The translations under genes and the position numbers were made by a program. Under the pieces are notes generated by a model that worked only from the letters and a program-made list of their open reading frames with translations, did not search any database and was not told the DNA's origin. 23,021 nt of DNA, from contig JAQGDQ010001867.1 in the NCBI GenBank assembly GCA_030141605.1, positions 1-23,021 on the forward strand, in the 5' to 3' direction. This stretch comes from Tubiluchus corallicola. Its lineage: Eukaryota; Animalia; Priapulida. Position 1 is the first letter of the stretch; each line of letters starts with the position of its first letter. Positions 11,791 to 23,021 of this stretch are shown here, in pieces.

Positions 11791-12199
11791 GTCCTTCAAG
11801 TGACTGTCTATACCCTGCATTACCCAATAGTGTTAAATGTACTGCGTTGTGTAACCTACTTGGAATTGAACCCCGGTCTGGAAACTCCTCGTTTTGAATG
11901 GACAATATTTGAGCACCATCAGATAAGCTTCACAAGAATACGTCTTCAATCACATTCAAACTGAGAAACACGTTATACAGACACGCCCCCTAACATCAAA
12001 TATTAGAAACTGCTACGACGAGGTAAACTTTACTGATTTAACTCACTTCTTTGAGCACACTAATTGTTATATAATCAGTTATGAAATTTTACAACTTTTA
12101 TGCTGATGTACTTTGTATGCATAACACTGTTTCTAATGTTATAACCTTGAGTAGGAAATGTACGTAAAGTGACATTCGGACTTGTTTTAGTCAATAAAC

Positions 12200-12304
12200 T
12201 ACATACATACATACATACATACATACATACATACATACATACATACATACATACATACATACATACATACATACATACATACATACATACATACATACAT
12301 ACAT

Positions 12305-12335
<31 letters not shown>

Positions 12336-12448
12336 TACATACATACATACATACATACATACATACATACATACATACATACATACATACATACATACAT
12401 ACATACATACATACATACATACATACATACATACATACATACATACAT

Positions 12449-12479
<31 letters not shown>

Positions 12480-12752
12480 GGCATGCATCCATCCATACAT
12501 ACATACATACATACATACATACATACATACATACATACATACATACATACATACATACATACATACATACATACATACATACATACATACATACATACAT
12601 ACATACATACATACATACATACATACATACATACATACATACATACATACATACATACATACATACATACATACATACATACATACATACATACATACAT
12701 ACATACATACATACATACATACATACATACATACATACATACACACATACAT
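12200..12752. repeat. (ACAT)n microsatellite interrupted by (AGAC)n
   Basis: Directly visible. It begins about 16 bp into the intron after the 12769 donor. Confidence 0.98.
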
Positions 12753-12768
12753 CTTGCATAAATCTTAC

Positions 12769-12959
12769 CCCGTTTTCAATGATCGTGCCACATCCATCTA
12801 GTGGTAAGACAATAGTGACGCTGCGACCACCGTTACCACGTGCTCTGCAACCATCCACCTTGAAGCTCCCACGAGAATACACCAAACCGTCGAAGTCTTT
12901 GGTCAGCCGAATCGTGGCTATCATCGTATTGGACTCGCGGTCGCACTGGACAACGGCGT
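12769..12959 (-). CDS. ZP-domain gene exon: first half of ZP-N
   Basis: Acceptor tttcatgcag|, donor GGG|gtaaga, 191 bp, phase 1 in and phase 0 out. Translation (D)AVVQCDRESNTMIATIRLTKDFDGLVYSRGSFKVDGCRARGNGGRSVTIVLPLDGCGTIIENG fits the V.C...M......F.G.VY..G...C...CG pattern with ZP-N Cys 1-3. Confidence 0.92.
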
Positions 12960-13409
12960 CTGCATGAAACGAAAAGAAGATACTAAAGAGTGGAAGGGGC
13001 TACTTTTGAAAGGTTTTGTATTCATGCGCAGTTGATAGGGTAGAATTTGTCAGGAAGAAAAATCCGCCATTAAGAAGTTGCATGAAGTCAATTCGTAGGA
13101 AAGTTTTTAACACGTGATACAAGCTATTCAATAACATATCCCATTACATATTCTATTTTAACCATTATGCGTTATTTTGCTGGGATTTTAACTTCCATTT
13201 TCTACAAAATTGTTTTGTGTTGGATGAAGAGTGGCCTAGATTTCGAAGTGAAACCATGGAGACTTGAGTTCGAGCCTACGCCAGAACATATAGACCCTAT
13301 CAAGGTGACTCGTGTATAGGTTCTGTGGTACTGCAGCACCCCCTGTTTTCACTCAATGTTATCGATAACGTTCAATATAATAAGTCTTGTTTCTTTAGTT
13401 GGTAATTTC

Positions 13410-15137
13410 TCTAGGCTCAAAGGTGGAACAGCAATTCTTTGCTAGGCTCAAAGGTGAAGCAGCAATTGTTTGCTAGGCAGAAAGGTGAAATAGCAATTGT
13501 TTGCTAGGCAGAAAGGTAAAGCAGCAATTGTTTGCTAGGCAGAAAGGTGAAACAGCAATTGTTTGCAAGGCTCAAAGGTAAAGCAGCAATTGTTTGCTAG
13601 GCTCAAAGGTGAAGCAGCAATTGTTTGCTAGGCAGAAAGGTGAAATAGCAATTGTTTGCTAGGCAGAAAGGTGAAACAGCAATTGTTTGCAAGGTAGAAA
13701 GGTGAAACAGCAATTGTTTGCTAAGCTCAAAGGTAAAGCAGCAATTGTTTGCTAGGCTCAAAGGTGGAACAGCAATTCTTTGCCAGGCAGAAAGGTAACG
13801 CAGCAATTGTTTGCTAGGCTCAAAGGTAAAGCAGAAATTGTTTGCTAGGCTCAAAGGTAAAGCAGCAATTGTTTGCAAGGCAGAAAGGTAAAGCAGCAAT
13901 TGTTTGCTAGGCAGAAAGGTGAAACAGCAATTGTTTGATAGGCAGAAAGGTGAAACAGCAATTGTTTGCTAGGCTCAAAGGTGAAGCAGCAATTGTTTGC
14001 TAGGCAGAAAGGTGAAACAGCAATTGTTTGCTAGGCTCAAAGGTGAAGCAGCAATTGTTTGCTAGGCAGAAAGGTGAAACAGCAATTGTTTGCTAGGCAG
14101 AAAGGTGAAACAGCAATTGTTTGATAGGCAGAAAGGTAAAACAGCAATTGTTTGCTAGGCTCAAAGGTGAAGCAGCAATTGTTTGCGTGGCAGAAAGGTA
14201 ACGCAGCAATTGTTTGCTAGGCTCAAAGGTAAAACAGCAATTGTTTGCTAGGCAGAAAGGTGTAACAGCAATTGTTTGATAGGCAGAAAGGTGAAACAGC
14301 AATTGTTTGCTAGGCTCAAAGGTGAAGCAGCAATTGTTTGCATGGCAGAAAGGTAACGCAGCAATTGTTTGCTAGGCTCAAAGGTGGAACAGCAATTCTT
14401 TGCCAGGCAGAAAGGTGAAACAGCAATTGTTTGCTAGGCAGAAAGGTGAAACAGCAATTGTTTGATAGGCAGAAAGGTGAAACAGCAATTGTTTGCTAGG
14501 CTCAAAGGTGAAGCAGCAATTGTTTGCTAGGCAGAAAGGTGAAACAGCAATTGTTTGCTAGGCTCAAAGGTAAAGCAGCAATTGTTTGCTAGGCAGAAAG
14601 GTAAAGCAGCAATTGTTTGCTAGGCAGAAAGGTAAAGCAGCAATTGTTTGCAAGGCAGAAAGGTAACGCAGCAATTGTTTGCTAGGCTCAAAGGTGGAAC
14701 AGCAATTCTTTGCCAGGCAGAAAGGTGAAACAGCAATTGTTTGCAAATTTCCTGTGCTCAAAGGTGAAGCAGCAATTGTTTGCAAATTTCCTGTGCTCAA
14801 AGGTGAAGCAGAAATTGTTTGCCAGGTAGAAAGGTGGAGCAGCAATTGTTTGCTAGGCAGAAAGATGAAACAGCAATTGTTTGCAAGACAGAAAGGTGAA
14901 GCAGCAATTGTTTGCTAGGCAGAAAGGTGAAGCACCAATTGTTTGCTAGGCAGAAAGGTGAAACAGCAATTGTTTGCAAGACAGAAAGGTGAAACAGCAA
15001 TTGTTTGCTAGGCAGAAAGGTGAAGCACCAATTGTTTGCTAGGCAGAAAGGTGAAACAGCAATTGTTTGCTAGGCTCAAAGGTAAAGCAGCAATTTTTTG
15101 CTAGGCACAAAGGAAAATGGCCAATTCCTTGCTAGGA
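13410..15137. repeat. 31-bp minisatellite, about 55 copies
   Basis: Unit ctaggc(ag/tc)aaaggtgaa(a/g)cagcaattgtttg. Confidence 0.97.
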
Positions 15138-15288
15138 CCACCGAAATTTCATTAAAGACATCATTAAAAATGGTACCTGCATCATTTTAGACTGCAATGG
15201 GCTGTAATTTTATTACAACAAACAACAAAGGGAGTAACTTATAAATATGCTGACAGTGTAATTAAAGTTTATCACACTAATAATTTAC

Positions 15289-17365
15289 CTTCAACTGCCT
15301 GTGTCCCTCCTACAGGTGATGGAAATCCTACATCAGCAATACCCTGCACAAGACTCAAGCCGCTGCCACCAAAATCTTGTGATATGCTTTGCGGGTGTTC
15401 TGGTCTCAAAACCGTCTCGCCACCCTCCACGACTGTGTCCACAGATTGACCATCTGCTTCGTTGAGTCTGTCAATGATGCCCTGGAAGTTGGTTCCGAAC
15501 TGGAAGTCAGGTTGACGATCCGATTCGACAACCGCAGAATGAAATCCTTCCTCAGAAGACCCAACTGTCTGTTCCTGGATGCCGGAGTCAACCTCTGATG
15601 TCTCGGTTTGTCTGTATGTGGTGTCTGTCTCGCGTCCAAAACCTTTGCCATCAAAACGATCAAAATTAAATGTAGAATCTGTCTCGCTGGTGCCAGTAAC
15701 TCTACCAGCAAAGCGATCACCTACTTCATCCCTGCCACCAAAACGATCAAACTGATTTTCTTGTCCAGTGTAGTAGGAACTGGTACCATCTTGTGTACCT
15801 GTCTCGCTGCTGCCAGTAACTCTACCAGCAAAGCGATCACCTACTTCATCCCTGCCACCAAAACGATCAAACTGATTTTCTTGTCCAGTGTAGTAGGAAC
15901 TGGTACCATCTTGTGTACCTGTCTCGCTGCTGCCAGTAACTCTACCAGCAAAGCGATCACCTACTTCATCCCTGCCACCAAAATGATCAAACTGATTTTC
16001 TAGACCAGTGTAGTAGGAACTGGTGCCATCTTGTGTACCCACTTGCTGCTGCTGATCTGATGCATCACCTGGATAAACTGGCAAACCTTCCTGTTGAACA
16101 GCAACTCCTTCACCTTGAGGTTCCGTAACAATGTCTTGCGGTTGACTGGCTCCAAATTGGAATTGACTGTCCCGGTCATAGGAACCTGAGCTACCAAAGT
16201 AGCTTCCTCTGCCAAATTGGTCACGTGGCTGTTCTTGAGTTTCAGTTGCCGTGGAAACACCCACGCCAACTTGAAGACCATCTCCCTGAGTTTGCTGAAC
16301 GTCAGATGTCTGACCAATACCGACCACTGTTTGACCAGAATTGTCATAGCCTGGCTGGCTGACACCAAGCGTTCCAAAAACATTTTCTCTCCTGTCTGTT
16401 GGAAACACTATGAAAGTTTTCCTGTCTGACGTTCCAGGTTGTGCAGCGACAAACTGGGTCCTTTCGGTCTCCTGTGCAATTGTCCTGTGCAATTGTCTGC
16501 CCATTCCAACTGGACCATACTTATGGATGACTTTGTAGTAGTCGGCGCTGTTGTCAAAAGGTCGCGGATACGGATTGATTGAAGTGGCCACCACTTCGGA
16601 CTGCTGTTGTTGTTGTCCCACATCCGCACTTAGCATTGGTTGCTGGACTCTACCAGCATACGTCTGAACTCCTGTGCTGACCTGTGGCTGGACCTGTGCA
16701 AAGGTATTTTCAACAGGCTGTTGAACTCTACCTGCATAGGTCTGGACTCCGCTACCAGCCCCAAAGGCCCTGAAGGCATTATTAGCCGACTGTTGAACAC
16801 CAGCATCGACGTATGGGCCTTGTTGATTTCCAAAGTCTGCGAGACTGCCAGGATACTGCTGGCTACCTGCAGCTGCATATGCACTCTGCTGACCACCGAA
16901 ACGCGATTGGCTGATATCTAGAGCCGGTGCATTATTAACCTGAACCGGTGCGCCACCGCCAACTCCAAACGAAGACTGAGACTGTAACCCAGGATTGTAC
17001 GAAGACTGCGTCTGCAATCCTCGATCAAATGAAGATTGTTGTACCTGTGCGGGGTTGTACGAAGACTGCGTCTGCAATCCTCGATCAAATGAAGATTGTT
17101 GTACCTGTGCGGGGTTGTACGAAGACTGCGTCTGCAATCCTTGATCAAATGAAGATTGTTGTACCTGTGTGGGGTTGTACGAAGACTGCGTTTGTACAAT
17201 GGGACTAAAAGAGGATCGTGACCTTCCCCCGTAGGTTTGCGAGACGGGAGTCATAAACGTTCCTCGGCCAAAAGCGGCCGGCTGATTAAAGCGAGAGCTC
17301 AAGCCCTGATCACTGCCACCATAGCCAAATGTTCCTCCGCCCCAACCGAGAACCGGCTGCCCAAC
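15289..17365 (-). CDS. ZP-domain gene giant exon: 692-codon Q/G/S-rich, Cys-free repetitive N-terminal region
   Basis: Acceptor tttctctttcag|GTTGGG and donor GAAG|gtaaat bound 2077 bp open throughout (covers ORF 15272-17302 plus 21 upstream codons). The phase-1 exit joins the 12959 exon in frame (AVE-DAVVQC). GC is visibly higher than in the flanks, and internal repeats are multiples of 3. Confidence 0.88.
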
Positions 17366-17948
17366 CTGAAAGAGAAACCATGTTCGTTAGAATGTGGAAA
17401 AAGACACTTTTGGGTTTAACATGTTTCATTGTAAATGGGAATTGCAAGTAAATAAAAGTACATTGAGTTAAACTTCAAAAACGCCAGTATCTTTATGGTA
17501 GCTTGCAAAGTATGGGTCTGCACAAGTAAAATAGACCCAAGTCACATTAATAAACTGGAATGTGAAATTATGATTCGCACGAAAACTCTAACGTTATTAA
17601 TACTGACCGTTCTCAAAACCGTTTGTGGCGTGTTAACTAAAATTCTCTAACTGTCATCTATGCTCAATTATGGGCTAATGATCAATAATATTGGAAGTTT
17701 AAAAGCTTACAGTGAATATTAAACACCACAGTGACCAATTAAAAAGTACAGAACATTGCAGTATAAAGAGGGATTTTAAGTACTAAATTCACAAAAGTGC
17801 CATTTAGAAGTTTTGGTCATGTCAATTATGAAGTATGAAATACACGTCTACCCGTGTAATTAAACCATAAATGTTTATAACACAAACAAATTTGCTTAGT
17901 TTACTGTATCGTATTCGATTCGTACAAATTTTATTTTTTGACTGGTTT

Positions 17949-19632
17949 CAGCCTAGTTTCTTGGCTATCAAATGAATGCACCCGACTAGCTTCTTGGCTA
18001 TCAAATGAATGCACCAGCCTAGCTTCTTGGCTATCAAATGAATGCACCAGCCTAGCTTCATAGCTGTCAAATGAATGCGCCAGCCTAGCTTCTTGGCTAT
18101 CAAATGAATGCACCAGCCTAGCTTCTTGGCTGTCAAATGAATGCACCAGCCTAGCTTCTTGGCTATCAAATGAATGCACCAGCCTAGCTTCTTAGCTGTC
18201 AAATGAATGCACCAGCCTAGCTTCTTGGCTATCAAATGAATGCACCAGCCTAGCTTCTTGGCTATCAAATGAATGCACCAACCTAGCTCTTTGGCTATCA
18301 AATGAATGCACCAGCCTAGCTTCTTGGCTATCAAATGAATGCACCAGCCTAGCTTCTTGGCTATCAAATGAATGCACCAGCCTAGCTTCTTGGCTATCAA
18401 ATGAATGCACCAGCCTAGCTTCTTAGCTGTCAAATGAATGCGCCAGCCTAGCTTCTTGTCTATCAAATGAATGCACCAGCCTAGTTTCTTAGCTGTCAAA
18501 TGAATGCACCAGCCTACCTTCTTGGCTATCAAATGAATGCACCAGCCTAACTTCTTGGCTACCAAATGAACGCACCAGCCTAGCTTCTTGCCTATCAAAT
18601 GAATGCACCAGCCTAGCTTCTTGGCTATCAAATGAATGCACCAGCCCAGCTTCTTGTGTATCAAATGAATGCACCATCCTAGCTTCTTGTGTATCAAATG
18701 AATGCACCAGCCTAGCTTCTTGGCTACCAAATGAATGCACCAGCCTAGCTTCTTGTGTATCAAATGAATGCACCATCCTAGCTTCTTGTGTATCAAATGA
18801 ATGCACCAGCCTACCTTCTTGGCTATCAAATGAATGCACCAACCTAGCTTCTTGTCTGTCAGATGAATGCACCAACCTAGCTTCTTGTCTATCAAATGAA
18901 TGCACCAGCCTAGCTTCTTGTGTATCAAATGAATGCACCATCCTAGCTTCTTGTGTATCAAATGAATGCACCAGCCTACCTTCTTGGCTATCAAATGAAT
19001 GCACCAGCCTAGCTTCTTGGCTACCAAATGAATGCACCATCCTAGCTTCTTGGCTATCAAATGAATGCACCCGACTAGCTTCTTGTCTGTCAAATGAATG
19101 CACCACCTAGCTTCTTGGCAATCAAATTAATGCACCCGACTAGCTTCTTGTGTATCAAATGAATGCACCAGCCTAGCTTCTTGGCTACCAAATGAACACA
19201 CCCGTCTAGTTTCTTGGCTGTCAAATGAATGCACCCGCCTAGCTTCTTGGCTATCAAATGAATGCACCACCTAGCTTCTTGGCTATCAAATGAATGCACC
19301 AGCCTAGCTTCTTGGCTGTCAAATGAATGCACCCGCCTAGCTTCTTAGCTGTCAAATGAATGCACCAACCTAGCTTCTTGGCTATCAGGTGAATGCACCA
19401 GCCTAGCTTCTTGGCTATCAAATGAATGCACCACCTAGCTTCTTGGCAATCAAATGAATGCACCAGCCTAGCTTCTTAGCTGTCAAATGAATGCACCCGC
19501 CTAGCTTCTTGGCTGTCAAATGAATGCACCCGCCTAGCTTCTTGGCTGTCAAATGAATGCACCCACCTAGCTACTTGGCTATCAAATGAATGCACCCGCC
19601 CAGCTTTCGGACACAAAATGAATGCACCACCC
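17949..19632. repeat. 33-bp minisatellite, about 51 copies
   Basis: Unit cagcctagcttcttggctatcaaatgaatgcac, with occasional 31-bp variants. Confidence 0.97.
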
Positions 19633-20205
19633 AACGTTTCCAGGCGCTGAATGAGTCCACCTCTGACTGAACGATTAAAACGATATCAAAAAGAGCCAAA
19701 GAATCAAATTCTTCCTACATCTCAGGAGTATAAAATGGATTGTTAATTTTTGCACACATTTCACGTTCACACCATTAGACTGCTACGAAACTATGAGGAA
19801 ATTCAACAATGACTCTTACGATTATCACACATTATCTAACAAAATTAGGCTAAATTATCCGCTGAAAGTGTTATAATCCCAGCGATTTCGTAGATCTAGG
19901 TTACCCGCTGAGACACTCCGCGACAGGGGGCGCTAATTATAGTCTGGCGGCAATAACAGTCGCCTGCTGCTTTATATAGATGGGTAGTAATCTTTATTTG
20001 CTATTAAAATACATTGATAATCACTGATAAAAACTTTACAGAGAGGATCAATCAGTGTTAGTTAATAAAAACTTACACTGCTAAAGGCAAATGCGTCAGT
20101 GCAATCTAAACTGCTGTGCAGTAATGGAAAGTAACGACGAATAAAATCAAACATATTTACAACTATGCACAAAAAATGAAAAAAATTATGATTTAATTAA
20201 TATGG

Positions 20206-20610
20206 CTATATTAATATGGATTCTGGATATATGAATTCTGAATTAGTGTGTATGTTGTCGTACTGGTGTGATGGTATTTCATATCTGGTTAATATTAGTG
20301 ATTTCAATTTTGTTTTAAATGCTGATAGGGACTTGATTTGCTTAACCTGTAATGGTAGAGAATTCCAAAGTAAAATTGTTTGTTTGATTACAGAGTTCAT
20401 TCCATGGTGGGTATTTGTCCTAATTTGTTTTAGATTGCTTGTTCTGGAATTAACGATAGGATTTGGAAAAATGGTAAATCTGTTATTCTGGAATGGTTTG
20501 GTGATGTCGTTAATGTATTTAAATATAAAGAGCAGAGTAAAATATTGTTTGTGTGCTTCAATGATTGGGAATTTTAAAGTTTTTCTCAAGTTAGTTTTTG
20601 AAGCTTTGAA
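20206..20610 (-). mobile_element. 5'-truncated CR1/L2-like LINE, ORF2 C-terminus
   Basis: LWNSLPLQVKQIKSLSAFKTKLKSLIL matches the WN.LP......S...FK..LK motif that ends ORF2 in these clades. Confidence 0.8.
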
Positions 20611-20644
20611 TTTTTGTCTACCAGCCCTACGTTTGCAGTCTTAC

Positions 20645-20677
20645 CGTGGCAATAATTACGAAAAAAATGCACTTCGT
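20645..20677 (-). CDS. Candidate first coding exon (signal peptide) of the ZP gene, with ACG in the start-codon position
   Basis: Strong phase-0 donor ACG|gtaaga. Spliced to 17365 it reads (T/M)KCIFFVIIAT-VGQPVLG-WGG, which resembles a signal peptide. There is an in-frame TGA upstream and no ATG on this strand in 20645-20808. An Inr-like TCAGTT lies at 20783-20788. Confidence 0.45.
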
Positions 20678-21020
20678 TTGGAAACTACTGTGCCAGATGA
20701 AGACTATTAGAGTTTTAGTGTCTAATGAGTGTGTATTTCAGCCGATAGAGGTCAGCAGGGTCAACGGGGCGACTACCAGCAGAACTGAACTCCTGCTGTT
20801 TTCGAGGGCTAAGAACAGAGATGCAATCTAGCCGTTACCATTGATTACCTAGGAAGTAATTTCCAAAGCTAAAACAGCTTGACACGTTGTAGCAAATTGT
20901 GACACCATTCTTCTTTGAGTAAGTCTGTGAAAATTATAGAACTAATAAAAAATGCGATACAAGCTAAGTATGAGCTAAGATTATATCAGGGTCTGTTTAT
21001 CCTGGATATGATAAATAGCG

Positions 21021-21560
21021 TAGGCTAGTATAGGCTAGTGTGTTATACTAGGCTGTACCTATAGTCTATTATACTAAGCTAGTGTAGGCTAGTATAGGCT
21101 AGTGTGTTATACTAGGCTGTACCTATAGTCTATTATACTAAGCTAGTGTAGGCTAGTATAGGCTAGTGTGTTATACTAGGCTGTACCTATAGTCTATTAT
21201 ACTAAGCTAGTGTAGGCTAGTATAGGCTAGTGTGTTATACTAGGCTGTACCTATAAGCTAGTGTAGGCTAGTATAGGCTAGTGTGTTATACTAGGCTATA
21301 CCTATAGTCTATTATACTAAGCTAGTGTAGGCTAGTATAGGCTAGTGGGTTATACTAGGCTGTACCTATAGTCTATTATACTAAGCTAGTGTAGGCTAGT
21401 ATAGGCTAGTGTGTTATACTAGGCTGTACCTATAGTCTATTATACTAAGCTAGTGTAGGCTAGTGTGTTATACTAGTCTATACCTATAGTCTATTATACT
21501 AAGCTAGTGTAGGCTAGTATAGGCTAGTGTGTTATACTAGGCTATACCTATGTTCTATTA
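21021..21560. repeat. 64-bp minisatellite, about 8-9 copies with deletion variants
   Basis: Unit taggctagtataggctagtgtgttatactaggctgtacctatagtctattatactaagctagtg. Confidence 0.95.
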
Positions 21561-21561
21561 C

Positions 21562-22197
<636 letters not shown>

Positions 22198-22329
22198 ATT
22201 CCAACCATTGTAGATAGTGGGCAGTCAGAATTCTAACTTATACCTAATCTGTCCTCAAAACAGGTAAACACAACAGTAACCGGCAAAAAACTACACACTG
22301 CTATGTCAGCACCACTTCCCAGCAAAGGC

Positions 22330-23021
22330 CTAATCCCATAATCTGAAATTCATAAACAGAAGGAAATAGTTCTTCTAATAATTACATGACGTAACCACCC
22401 ACTAATCCCATAATCTTAAATTTATAAACAGGAGGAAATAGTTCATCTAATAATTACCAGACGTAACCACCCACTAATCCCATAATCTTAAATTCATAAA
22501 CAGGAGGAAATAGTTCATCTAATAATTACATGACGTAACCACCCACTAATCCCATAATCTTAAATTTATAAACAGGAGGAAATAGTTCATCTAATAATTA
22601 CCAGACGTAACCACCCACTAATCCCATAATCTTAAATTCATAAACAGAAGGAAATAGTTCATCTAATAATTACATGACGTAACCACCCACTAATCCCATA
22701 ATCTTAAATTCATAAACAGAAGGAAATAGTTCATCTAATAATTACATGACGTAACCACCCACTAATCCCATAATCTTAAATTCATAAACAGGAGGAAATA
22801 GTTCATCTAATAATTACATGACGTAACCACCCACTAATCCCATAATCTTAAATTTATAAACAGGAGGAAATAGTTCATCTAATAATTACATGACGTAACC
22901 ACCCACTAATCCCATAATCTTAAATTCATAAACAGAAGGAAATAGTTCATCTAATAATTACATGACGTAACCACCCACTAATCCCATAATCTTAAATTCA
23001 TAAACAGAAGGAAATAGTTCA
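22330..23021. repeat. 72-bp minisatellite running off the window end
   Basis: Unit ctaatcccataatcttaaattcataaacagaaggaaatagttcatctaataattacatgacgtaaccaccca, more than 9 near-identical copies. Confidence 0.97.

Noticed and set aside
12075-12801. Long ORFs (MYVC/HTYI repeats)
   Set aside because: They are translations of the (ACAT)n microsatellite. Only 12769-12959 is a real exon.
13225-13280. Possible A-box/B-box (gtggcctag ... gagttcgagcc), and a B-box-like ggaattgaacccc near 11862
   Set aside because: Too degenerate to call a tRNA or SINE.
13410-15137. Resemblance to a CRISPR array, plus short ORFs
   Set aside because: The 31-bp units are head-to-tail with no unique spacers, there are no cas genes, and the context is eukaryotic. 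The same applies to the 33-, 64- and 72-bp arrays.
15389-17419. Plus-strand and alternate-frame ORFs over the giant exon
   Set aside because: Shadow ORFs of the repetitive minus-strand coding exon.
17711-17782. Possible 72-bp phase 0/0 hydrophobic exon (YLKSLFILQCSVLFNWSLWCLIFT) as a signal-peptide source
   Set aside because: It has AG and GT boundaries but no start codon, and AT-rich DNA readily gives hydrophobic translations. Weaker than the 20645 candidate, though not excluded.
17931-19463. ORFs up to 381 aa with 11-aa repeats
   Set aside because: They come from a stop-poor 33-bp minisatellite. Several frames are open at once, 31-bp variants shift the frame, and I found no supporting splice sites.

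Overview
AT-rich, repeat-dense animal genomic DNA with spliceosomal introns; the ORF track mostly reports repeat artefacts. Two protein-coding signals lie on the minus strand. (1) A zona pellucida (ZP)-domain gene can be spliced by hand with consistent GT-AG phases from exons 15289-17365, 12769-12959, 6490-6647 and 2985-3133. It encodes a 692-codon cysteine-free Q/G/S-rich repetitive region, a complete four-Cys ZP-N, and only the beginning of ZP-C. A candidate first exon ends at 20645 and gives a convincing signal peptide only if ACG at 20675-20677 is read as the start codon. (2) One 110-bp nicotinic acetylcholine receptor (nAChR) exon at 394-503 ([37 protein letters not shown]) lies 2.5 kb downstream of the last ZP exon, on the same strand and out of phase with it. 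I could find neither the rest of ZP-C nor any upstream nAChR exon, so the ZP gene seems nested in or interleaved with an nAChR gene, or is a truncated copy, or the assembly is chimeric. The rest is MITEs (Kolobok-, piggyBac-, hAT- and foldback-like), LINE 3' fragments including a nested insertion, minisatellites of 31, 33, 64 and 72 bp, local tandem duplications and microsatellites. Family assignments come from motif recognition, not database searches. Repeat boundaries are approximate.
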